A DNA stretch of 64,000 nucleotides from Hemiscyllium ocellatum (Eukaryota): the NCBI RefSeq assembly GCF_020745735.1, contig NC_083427.1, positions 3,007,438 through 3,071,437 on the forward strand, in the 5' to 3' direction. The notes beneath the pieces are model-generated. The model worked only from the letters and a program-made list of their open reading frames with translations. It ran no database searches and was not told the DNA's origin. Position numbers and translations under genes: made by a program. Positions within the stretch are counted from its first letter, which is position 1. Every line of letters begins with the position of its first letter. Below, piece by piece: positions 25,960-36,969 of this stretch.

Positions 25960-27620
25960 AATGCTACTATTGTGTCTGCTTCCATCTCCATAGGCAGGGC
26001 ATTCCAGTCATTTACCTCCCTTTGTATGGAATCATTGCCTCAAAATTCCTTTCTCTCAACTTGAAACTATGGCCCCGAGCAACTGACCCTTCCAAAGTGA
26101 GAAGAAACTCATGATTTCCAATTTAACCATGTTATTCACAATCTAATCAACTTCTATCAGGTCGTCCGTCAACCTCCTGGGTTCCAGTGAAAATTGCACG
26201 CAGCTATCCAGACATTCTGCATGTCTAAAATCCCCCATACCAGGAAGCATCCTGGTAAACCTTTTCTGCGCCCTCTCCAAAGCAACCATATCCTTCTTCC
26301 AGAACTGTCAGCAATACTCCACGTGTGACCGAATTAAAACTCTCTTAAATGCAACATACCTTGCCTATCCTTATATTCAGTGCCCATTCCAATGAAGGCA
26401 AGCATGCCATAGGCCTTTTGTTCTGTCTTATCTGCCTGTGCGGTCACCTTCAGTGGCCTCATAGAATCCCTATAGTCTGGAAACAGGCCGTTCAGCCCAA
26501 CAAGTCCACACCAAGCCTCCGAAAAGTAATGCAACCGGACCCCATTCTCCTACCTATTACCTCGTTAACCCCTACAAATGCACAGACCGCTAAACACAGT
26601 GGGCAAATTAGTTTGGCCAATTCACCTACCTTTCACATCTTTGGAGGAATCCGGAGCACCCGGGGAAGCCAGGGCGAATGTGTGAGTTCCATACAGAGAG
26701 TCAACCGAGGCTGGAATCGAACCCGGGTCCCTGGCGCTGGTCAGCCAGCAATGTTAACTGCTGAGTCACCGTGCTGTCCCTTTGAGCCAGCGTGCCGCCA
26801 AGCTGTACACTTGCACACACAGATCTCTCCGTCAATCAATATTTCTAAGAGTTCTGTCTTTCTGTGTATAATTTCCGCCGTACTGTACCTTTCGAAATGC
26901 ACCACCTCACATTTATCGGGGTTAAATACCATCTGCCAGGTTTCTGCCAATGCCTCTAACTGATGTGATTTCTGCTGTACCCTCTGACAATCATTCCTAA
27001 TATCTAGAACTCCCCCAGTCTTTGTATCATCCACAAACTTACTAATCAGACCAGCCACGTTTTCCTCCAAATGAGCAGAGGCCCCAGAACTGATCCTTTT
27101 GGAACACCACTTGACAAACCTCTATTCCAAAAAGCATATTTGTACCAATACCTATGTTTCTTATTACTGAGCCAATTCTATATCCTTGGTACCATGTGAG
27201 TTCACCTTTTGTACAAGCCTGCCACTAGGGTCATTTTTAAAGGTTTTACTGAAGTCCATATAGACAACAGTAGTCGCTTTTCCCTCTTCAATCAACTTCG
27301 CCACCTTCTCAAAAAATCTTGATCAAGATACTGAGGTATGACCTCCCCTGTACATAAATCTATTTACTTTTAAATACGCATAGATCTTGTCCCTGAGAAT
27401 CTTTTCCAATACGTTCCCTACCACTGATGTGTGGGTTACAGGCCTGTACTTTCTTGGATAATCCCTGTTACCCTTCTTAAACATTCAGATTACGTTGGCT
27501 ATTCTCCAGTCCTCTGGGACATCACCTGTGGCCAAAGAGGACACAAGATGTCTGTCAATGTTGCATCTATTTGTTCTCCTGCCTCGCAGAATATTCTGGA
27601 ATAGGTCCCATTATGGTCTG
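25960..27620 (-). mobile_element. CR1 LINE RT fragment
   Basis: GLISKFVDDTKTGG...WQMVFNPDKCEVVHF on the minus strand. Confidence 0.85.
26461..26778 (-). mobile_element. HE1-like SINE within a CR1 fragment
   Basis: Reverse-complemented SINE head, body and tail. Confidence 0.75.
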
Positions 27621-27749
27621 GGGACTTAGCTGTCTTGTTTTTTTTTAAACGCTCAATACCTCTTCCTTTTCAATATCAGAATGTTTCTGACAGTGATTTT
27701 CTGACAGAACTATGCAAGTTTTCCCCCTGATATTATGAAGTGTGATGCT

Positions 27750-28250
27750 GCTAAAGGCTTTAAAAGGTGTGTTTTGTTCTGGTTTGTTTAACAGAGAGGA
27801 AGATTGGTGGACAGGTGCAAAGCAGTCTAAGAGAAGATAAACTAGTTGTGATGTCTTCGTTGTTTTGATTTTTAAAAAAGCTGGCGCAATGGAAGCAGCC
27901 TGAATGGACATGTTCAAGTTGTCACACACAGATCCAAGATGTTAAGTTTAGCTTTCGACAGTTGCTATTGGGGTCTTGAAGGAGTGAAAGTTATTTCTCC
28001 CTCTCTTGATTACAGCCTAACGCTTGGGAATGGGAGGTGCGGATTAGGGGTTCTCTTCCTGAGCTGCTGCATTGCATGGGAGACAAAACCTGCTTTCTTA
28101 AGAATTTGCCTTTTGCCAGGGATGTGTTCAGTGGTTTGCTTATATTGGAACAGATAATTAGGAGAAGCTATTGTATCTCTTATTTAGCAAAGTTTTCCGA
28201 TCGAGTTCAGTGATTCCAAGTTCTTTCTTGTTCATTATTAATTATATGGG
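27750..28250 (+). mobile_element. LTR fragment related to the gypsy LTR at 17.9-18.5 kb
   Basis: aagctggcgcaatggaagcagcctg (27878-27902) matches the reverse complement of 18362-18386 at 23 of 25 positions. Confidence 0.5.
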
Positions 28251-29743
28251 AGCAGGGAGGTAATGGCAATAAATGACTAGAAAACGAGCTAGTTCCGTCT
28301 TTTAGTTACATTGTGATACAATAACGTTTGGTTAAATGTGGCATTGGAACGAACCTGCCTGCATGTTGTGGAGAACAGCACAAATATTGATTGTCTGAAC
28401 TCCAGTTCATATTTAACTTCAGAATATTTAAGCGTTTGAAATCTTTAATTTGAAACACCTAATAACGTTTGAAATATTGATGTATTTCACGGACTACTGT
28501 TATTCAGAATGTTTAATTATGTTCTCTTACAGAATATAAGAAATGAAGACGTGCGCGTGCAGTAATGACATTCATTAAATATACAAAATAACTTGCATTT
28601 GCGCAGGACTTTTCCCCCATCACGTGCTGAATCGAGAGCTTCATAAACACTGCTAATTCTTGTAGGCACTGAAGTGTAAGAAATATATATAAAATAATGA
28701 CGTTATAATCTCGATGGTTCATTTTAATTATGATTACATGATCCCTTTGATTTACTTTCCTTGTTTAATATTCTACAGGGGCGTCCTAATTTCATAATGC
28801 GTCTTAAATTAGCCTCTGTATGAAATTTCCCACATTATTAGGAATTCTAAGCATTCCTGACCAAGCCATGAAAATGGTATGGTTGGAGTAAGAACCCACG
28901 GAAAATGAGCGGCTGTAGATTCAGAAGCGAGACATTTAAGGGCATTTTGGAGAAGATGTGAACGTTCTGTGCATTGTTTTTTGGTGAGATGACTTAATGT
29001 TAGGTTCTATGTGCGCCCGTCAAGTGGAGGAATAAGTAGTAAAAAGAGGTTTTGAAACGTTAGAGCAGAATTAACAACCCAAACTGAGTGTAATCACAAT
29101 ACTGGGAAGGAGTGTCCATAACGAATCAATCTTCAACCTTCAGACCATAACATGAAAGACTTAAGTAAGGTCGTCAGCCTATTTGAGTTTGCTCCACCAT
29201 TTGATCATGGCTGTTACATGTCTTAACACTATTCTCTTGTTGTAACTCTGGACCCCCTTACGAATCAAGAACCTACCTATCAGAGATACACTCTGTAAGA
29301 ACGCGATGGCTTGAAAACATTTATTTGTCTTTTTTTAAGCGTGAGATTGGGCGAGATGCAGAGTAAACTCGTTGGCAGAGAGGAAGCAAAGATTTGGAAT
29401 TAATAGGTCATTTTGAAATTGTCAGGCAGTAACTAATAGGTTGCCACCGCGATCGGTACTATGACCTCAACTATTCACAATAAATATTAATGATTTGGAT
29501 GAGGGAACAAAATATACCAAGACAAAGTATGAAAATGATACCTACTTCGGTGGGAGGGTGAACTGTGAAGAGTATGCAGCGATCCTCCAGTATGATCTGG
29601 ACAGGTTGAGTGTGTAAATTAATGGCAGACACAGCATAGTTTGGATAAATGAGAGGTTATTCACTCTGGAAGTGCAAAACAAGAAGGAACATTACTACCT
29701 GAATGACTGTAAATTGAGAGAGGACAACTTAGAGTGGCATCTG

Positions 29744-30055
29744 GGGCGGCACGGTAGCTCAATAGTCGGCTTAGCTGCCTCAGAGTGCTAATGGACAGCG
29801 TTCAATTCCAGCCTCGGGCGACTGGTTGTGTGGGTTTTGCACATTCTCCTCGTGACTCCGGGAGTTCCCTCTAGGTGTTCAGATTTCCTCTCACATTCCA
29901 AGGGCGTGTAATTTTGTTGGATTGGTCATGTTAAATTGCCCATAGAGGACAGGGATGCATAGGACAAGTGCATAAGTCATGGGGGTGAGTCGTGCTCTTT
30001 GTAGAATTGGAATGGACTTGTGGGGCCTAATGGACAGTTTCTACAGTGAAGGTAT
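29744..30055 (+). mobile_element. HE1-like SINE, diverged
   Basis: ggggcggcacggtagctcaatagtcggcttagctgcctcagagtgc... head. Confidence 0.75.
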
Positions 30056-32311
30056 TCTAAGACTTGGGTGTCTCCAAGTTGAGAAAATCCTTCCTATAAT
30101 TGAGCATTGGTGACTGGCGTTCATAATGGAAGACACAGCGACTATTTTTGGTCTTGAATGGCACCAGAGGGACATTTGGGAAAAGCTGCAATTCCCTGCT
30201 TCTACATTGGCTTCTAAGAGATTCCACCTCAAAGTCATGAATACTGGATTTCGACCTCTGGGGCTATGAGGCAACTAAGTTAACCACCAAACCACTGTGC
30301 CGCCTCAGGTCCTGCTGAACACTTTACTCTGCCAATTAACAGTCATTCAGGTAGTAATGGTATTTCTTGTTTTATGCTTCCAATCTGAGTAGCTTCACAT
30401 TGAAACAGATTATACTGCATCTGCCTTCATTTGCCCAGGTTGCTGCTGACTTTGCAAGGTGTGAATTAGAAGGAAAGGCTGGATTGGCTGGGACTCTTCA
30501 GTGGAGCATAGCAGGTTGAGAGACGACCTAATGAAAGCTTGCAAAGTAATGAGGGGAAAAATTAGAGTTAATGTTAATTGAGTTACTCAAGGATGTGGGA
30601 ATTCAAGACTAAGGGGTATATTTTTAAAGTTGAAAGGAGATCTTTAAAAAAAAGGCACGAGAATTTTGTTTACAAAGTGTGAGATTCACATAGTGAATGA
30701 AGTTCCTGAGGATGTGATGGATGTGGATAAAATTACAATGATTGAAAGATATTTGGCTGAGAAGATAAGAGGAAAGGTTTGGTCAGATATGGGTCAGGAG
30801 CAAGTCGGTAGGACGAATTCATCTTGGGATCATGCTTGACATAGAATAGTTAGATTGAAGGGTCTGCTTCTCTGCTGCATGACTCTATGATTCGTTATAA
30901 CTGACAAATCGAGTTCCTTCTTTAAAGAGGCCCTTAAATAAGCAAATGTTTATCAATATTTCCTATTCAAGTTTTGAGAAGGATTCGCCATAAGTCCCAA
31001 CCAAAGATTGTTAATAAACTTCAGACTGCACACTCTTGGAGTGAATATTTGGACAAAACTTGGAATTTGAAATATGCAAGAAACAAACTTATGGGAAACA
31101 TTTTTGTTGAATCGATGAGTGATGAGTTAACTGTACAAAATGATATTTCGCAAAAATATAGAATTATGTCTTCACTTTCTCAAGCAACAATAAAAACGGG
31201 ACTATAAAATCTTCAAGATGGAACCTGAAAAGTTGAAGGGACAGAAACAGATTCTGACTGAGCAAAACCGGTGAAGCTACTGACTGTAGTGACTCTGGAA
31301 GGTAACAAATGCGGTTGCTACAGTGGAATAAGTTTTGTTTGCTTTTGTGTAGATTTTGGTCAGATTTGCCTTTGATAGAGTCGATTATGCCTGAAACGTC
31401 GAATTTCCTGTTCCTTGGATGCTGCCTGACCTGCTGCGCTTTTCCAGCAACACATTTTCAGCTCTGATACTCCAGCATCTGCAGACCTCACTTTCTCCTG
31501 TGCAAGGTTAATAACCCTAAACAGGACACTCACATTCAATGGCATCAACTTTTCTGGCAACATTTCAATCATTACACTCACCTTGGAATTTTCTTACTTT
31601 TTGGGACAGATCAAATTTATGCAATCTGAAATGTGTCCCAAAGATCTGATGTTCAATCTTTTGACCGTCAATTCACATCAGCCTATTCTCTTCCATGCTG
31701 TGATAATATTTCTTATCTTTTTTTTAGCAGCTGTTTCAGAGCTAGCTCTATCTCCCTCAAATTGAATGCAAGATACACTGTCATTGTTACTGACGTAAAG
31801 GGGTATGTGCGTGTGTGAGGGGCTGGGGTGTTTGGGGAGGGCCAGTCTACACTATGCGGTCATGACTTAATTCTATCCCATTCCACCATTCAGGCTCAAT
31901 TTAGGTCCAGAACATGCAGTTCGAAGAAACTGTCTCAAAAACATTGTGCCAGCTCCCTATTAAGGCATAACATTGCATATCTATATTTTCCAGTTACTAT
32001 ACAGATAAAATCTCTCCTAATGTTTGGTGTGATTTTCTGCAAACTCTCTTTTCTTTTCCTTTTGTCTCCCCCGAACGTTTAGTTATTGATGGGTGACTTG
32101 AACATCGCTCCCATAAATAACTACTCAACTTGAGCAATTCTAAACTTGACTCAAATCCATTTCACATGCTGCATCCCCGAAATGAGGTCGCACTTCCATA
32201 AAATAGAAACGGCAAATTCTAGGATTCCCAACAGTTCCAACAGCAAACGTGGAGAAAGAAACATAATTTATGTTTACAGTTCGACATGTCTCTGTGAAAC
32301 ATCTTTCACTC

Positions 32312-32577
32312 GTGCAAATCTCATTGTGAATTAACTGCAACCTAGTTTCCTGTCATTCTGACGTCACCTGGATCCAACCAATTCTTGTCACCCTGCAGGA
32401 AGTTTAGTAGTGAAGGCCAAGAGCAGTTTTGTAAACTCTTAGCCTTGGCATATACTGAGCATCAACGCAGCCGGAATTAATTTCAATTCGAGCTGTTGCA
32501 GCTGCGATACTTGCAGCAAAGCGTCAGAAAATCATTGTTTTCACAGTGCAGGATTGAGAGGACATAAACATTTGCAT
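32312..32577. promoter_or_regulatory. Candidate Ig intronic-enhancer-like motif cluster
   Basis: GTGCAAAT 32312, TGACGTCA 32359-32366 overlapping E-box CACCTG 32365-32370, ETS core AGGAAGT 32397-32403, octamer ATTTGCAT 32570-32577. Lies about 2.5 kb upstream of C1 in apparently non-repeat DNA. Confidence 0.4.
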
Positions 32578-34469
32578 GAGATTTGCGGCTGGACTCAATT
32601 ATTATGCAGATATCCGGTATTATACTGACTGATGAAGGCAGCCATCACCATGGAAGGTACTACAAGTGTTGATATGAGACTTTGGTACGAAAATAATGCA
32701 GAATCTGTTGGAGTTGCGTTTGCGGGAGATCATGAACAGTATTCGTCTGTGAAAGTACCAATCAACGTCTTAACCGACGTTCAAGAAATGTTTTGATAGG
32801 CTGCCGTTGTGTTGTATTATTGATAGAATATCACATTTGATATTTTCTCATGTGATGTATTACGTGACCGCTGCTGCAGCGATGGAGTTTGGGGATTAAC
32901 AAAAAAGCAGATTGGATCAGTACAGAAACCAGGACGGTGTTCAGCTCACAGCATTATCGAAGTATCAGTATGGCTGGCTTCATTTGAACACACGGATGAG
33001 AAAATTAGCTATAAAATATTGCCTGTCTTTGAGGTAATGTATGAATTGGTGAACAAGAAATGGTGCTGTCTTGGTTTTGGGGACATAGAGTTCGGACTAG
33101 TTGAACTTGAAATGAAGTTGAAGATTGGCTACCAGTGTAGAAAATGACGGAGTAGTTGAGGATATACTTGGGGAGAAATTGTAGCAGCTCAGCTGAGGCA
33201 CTCGTGAGACAGGAGTTGCTTTGCAGGAACAAGCACCATGATCTTGCTGATGGCTCCTGTAAGACGTCTGGTGCACAGCACAGTCTGAAAATGGAATCCC
33301 AGGCTTTTAACAGTTCGGCCAGATTTTCGTTTCGTTTAGGGAACAAGAAAATGTGGTTTGGTTCCTTAACAAGAATTTTAAAAATTTATGAGAGCAAATC
33401 AAAAATGGAATGGGAAGAAACCCATTTGTGTGTATTGGGAAACCAAGGTATTTTTAAAAAAAATTCTATCTGCATGAATGGGAATATTAAGTGATCTACA
33501 TTATGCTGGAGTTGGATGTTTCAGATTAGGAACTTCATTCCAAAGGCAGTGTCGCTCAGAGTACCACTCTGTGTTCATTTTAGAGAAGCAAAACGAGAAC
33601 AATTTTGAAAACGATCTATGTGAAAAGCATTAGAATATTTCCGCTGTGCAATGGTCGTGAACTGTGCATTTCCAATCCTCAGTGATCATCTGTCAACAGT
33701 GAGACGGTTGGAGGATGGGGAATTAATCTATGTGTTCTGCCAACCTTAACCAATAGTTGGCGTAGTAGAGATTTTTACTTCAACAAGAGACATTTTGCTC
33801 CCTCCCAGCTACGTGAACAAAACCTCAAGATTTTCGTTATTCGATGTGCAAATACGTTTCTGTTGATTTATTATAACTCAAGTTACACCCTTTTTTTTTC
33901 AGAAATGCCTGCCCAAAACTATTTCCAGATAACTCTATGCGATCAAATTTCTCCATAAACAGGAAATGTTAAACCGATTATCGCCAAATATCATCAATAT
34001 CTTGAAGATGGGTAAAGTCTTCAACAAAAAGACATTCTTTAATAAGTGCATGCGTAAATTGAAGAAAGGAGAAGAGGTATATGAGGGAGTATTACTGAAC
34101 CTCAGGTTTCGGGACGAGAAGCAAAGCTATCGATTTTAGGCCAGTTATAATTCGGAATTCTCCAGAGGGTAGTATTAGATGAATACATATTTCTCAGATG
34201 ACTTGAGCTGGAGGAAATTTTAGAGATAGAGTTGTGAAGCCATTGAGAAACTGAAAAACAATTTTGAAAGTGAGGCATGGTTTGACACGGCAAAAGGTAG
34301 GTCACAAAGCACAGGGGTGATCCAGAATGAATACTTTGTATATGATTACGACACTGGGAGCAGAGGTTTTGAAACGCCAAATTCGGAAAGCAGGATTTTG
34401 GCCAGGAATGCATTTTCCAGTTTGCACAAATTCATGAGTTAATGTTTAAATAGCAGATGAGCTAAGTAA

Positions 34470-34900
34470 CAGAAAACAGTGAATTTATAGATATGCAAAC
34501 AGGGGGTCTCCAAATAGAGGAGTTAAAGGTGTGACCTTACAGCTGTTTATAAAATCTTGAAAAACACAGATAAGATAAATGGCGAAGGTCTTTTCCCCTA
34601 GGATAATGGAGTTCAAACCTAGAGGGAATACGTTTAAGGTGACATTGAAAAGGTTTAAAAGGGACCGAAGCGGCACCTTTGTTTTTTGCACAGAATGTGA
34701 TAGGTTTCTGGAATCTAGTGCCGAAAAAATTGTAGAAACAGTTACAAAATTTAAAAGGCGTTTGGAAGGGTACAATAAGTTGAAAGGTTTGAAGAGTTAT
34801 AGGCCAAACATCGGCATATTGAACTCGTCAAGTTTAAGAAATCCGTTGGCATGGATGACTTAGACCGCCCGGTCTCTATCCATGCTGCGGAAGTCTCTGC
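34470..34900 (+). mobile_element. CR1 LINE 3' end about 200 bp upstream of C1
   Basis: KVFSPRIMEFKPRGNTFKVTLKRFKRDR... ORF2 C-terminus plus 3' UTR. Confidence 0.75.
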
Positions 34901-35101
34901 AGTTTGGAGCTCAGCTCACAGTTAAAGATGAGGCAAACGCTGTGAACCATCTCTTTCAGCAACATGACATAATGATACAACAACATGATACAATCATATG
35001 TTTTATGTAATATCTGAGAGTTATCGATTGAACAGGACATCACAGAAACAGTTTAATCGAAAGTACAAAAGGGAGTAAGTCTCCTTTTTTTGTAATTTTA
35101 G

Positions 35102-35422
35102 GACTACAGCCTACTGCACCAGTCATCAGTCTATTTTATTCTGTAACTGAAGAACGGAGAGCAAACGGATTTGTACATCTGATTTGTACAATCAGCAAAT
35201 ACTATCCTAAAAACATTGTGATCAGTTGGCAGAAGAACAAAAATATCATCAGTTCTGGTTTTACAACTACATCCCCAATGAAAATATCGGCCAATAACTT
35301 CAGCTCTACAAGCTTACTTAAAGTATCTCAGCAGGAATGGAGCAGCGGCTCTATGTACAGCTGTCATGTTTCTCATTCTGCAACGAACAGTAATCAGAGA
35401 AAAGAAGTTAGATCAACATCCG
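35102..35422 (+). CDS. IgNAR: IgNAR constant domain 1 (C1) exon, intact frame, within a probably pseudogenised cluster
   Basis: Acceptor ttttag at 35096-35101 and phase-1 donor G|gtaag at 35423. Translates (G)LQPTAPVISLFYSVTEERRANGFVHLICTISKYYPKNIVISWQKNKNIISSGFTTTSPMKISANNFSSTSLLKVSQQEWSSGSMYSCHVSHSATNSNQRKEVRSTS. This has the C1-set Cys/Trp/Cys and closely resembles shark IgNAR C1 as I recall it. Confidence 0.95.
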
Positions 35423-36257
35423 GTAAGAAAATTAAATGTACTCACAAGCTCACAATCATAAAAGATAGTCATATTCATAATCAGTACAGGACGAGATGGA
35501 ATATTATACTGGTAGTCTGCAGTTGAGAGTGAAGAATTCTTGAACTGGGTGCAGTGAGTGATATCAATAGTAATTTATAGTGCAGGGATTTCTTGGACAG
35601 CATTTCAGTGACTTGTCAGCGATAATGATCTTAATTGTCGTCTACACTTAAATTCATTGAGCATCGCTGTGTGGTAAATTTCCTGTCTCTCAATGTCAGT
35701 CTTCCTTTTTATCAATTTCTTTGTTACTGTCAGTCTTGCTCTGTCTCTGTTTATCCATCCGACTGTATGTTTCCACTGATCTCTCTTGTTCTTCGTTTTC
35801 TGTCTCTTCCATTCTCCATATCGAAAATAATTCTTCCTTTGCCTTTCCGTCACTGTAGATATTAATCATTGTTGTGCATCATTCATTGTTATTCCATGTG
35901 CTTTTCTTTCTGCGTGCATCGGTCACTCTCCATGCCTCCTTCTCTAGTCTTTTTGATACTGTCTGACACTCACCCTCTCTCTGGTTATTTTCTTTGGTAT
36001 GTCACTCTCATTCTATCAATGACAATCTTTCTGCGTACATCTCACTGTCTCACTCTGTCTGTCTTTACCTCGCTCTCTCCCTAATTATCTCTTACTTCAT
36101 ATGTGATGCAAATCAATAACATGGAGAAAACAACCGTGTTTCAAATTCAATACATATTGGTGAGAGAAATGGGTATATTTTCCAATCTCTTGTAACTTTC
36201 GCAGTTACATTATTGGAACATGATCCGGAATCTGAATCTCTGATTCGTCACTAACAG

Positions 36258-36560
36258 AGATTGCTGTGCTGCAAAGGAATCCATTAGTTGAAGAAATCTG
36301 GATTAATAAAAGTGCCACTCTGGTTTGTGAAGTGGTCTCTACAGTTTCTGCTGGGGTAGTCATCTCTTGGATGGTGGATGGGGAGGTAAGGAATTATGGT
36401 GTGAAAATCGAAGCAGCTAAAATAGAAGGAAACCAATATCTGACCATCAGCCGCTTGACCAGCAGCGTGGAAGAGTTGCAGAGTGGGACGGAATACATAT
36501 GCTCCGCAAAACAGAATCAGTCATCGACCCCAGTATCAAAATGAACAGGAAAACAAAGAT
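36258..36560 (+). pseudogene. IgNAR: IgNAR C2 exon with premature TGA at 36542-36544
   Basis: Acceptor ctaacag, then EIAVLQRNPLVEEIWINKSATLVCEVVSTVSAGVVISWMV...LTISRLTSSVEELQSGTEYICSAKQNQSSTPVSK*TGKQR. Weak donor T|gttggt at 36561. The usual EEW motif reads EEL. Confidence 0.93.
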
Positions 36561-36652
36561 GTTGGTTATGAAAAGGAATTTTTTTTTATAAACGTTTTAT
36601 TAACGAATGGCCATAAACAAAAAAACTAATATTCTCTATAATTCTATGACAG

Positions 36653-36969
36653 TCGTACCAATTAAGCCAAATCTCCACATCTTTCCCCCGTCACCAGAAG
36701 AGATTCAAAACACCAGCTCTGCCACTCTAACATGTTTGGTAAGAGGATTCTACCCTGACAGTATGAATATTTCCTGGGAGAAAGACGGAACTTCTGTGAG
36801 CACAAACATCACCAATTTTCCCACTGCTCTGGAACAGGACCTGACTTTCAGTGCAAGGAGCCTTCTCATTTTATCTGCAGTAGAATGGAACAGTGGAGCA
36901 AAATACACCTGCACTGTCTCGCATCCACCTTCCCAATCCATTGTGAAAAGGGTTATCGGGAACCCAAAT
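36653..36969 (+). pseudogene. IgNAR: IgNAR C3 exon (open frame, but donor is phase 0)
   Basis: Acceptor tatgacag, then VPIKPNLHIFPPSPEEIQNTSSATLTCLVRGFYPDSMNISWEKDG...LEQDLTFSARSLLILSAVEWNSGAKYTCTVSHPPSQSIVKRVIGNPN. Donor AAT|gtaaga at 36970. Confidence 0.93.

Noticed and set aside
31283-31307. J-like TVVTLE followed by a phase-1 G|gtaac donor
   Set aside because: No GxGT motif and no upstream 23-RSS; probably chance.
32860-32900. gctgcagcgatgg resembling the start of an IgNAR type I J segment
   Set aside because: The match is too short, with no VTV end, donor or credible RSS.
33005-33494. Overlapping 113- and 112-aa ORFs at a position where a V exon might sit
   Set aside because: No Ig V-set Cys/Trp spacing, leader or RSS in any frame I read.
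33890-34015. Strong-looking acceptor (poly-T cag) followed by a possible donor upstream of C1
   Set aside because: All three frames contain stops and there is no recognisable product.
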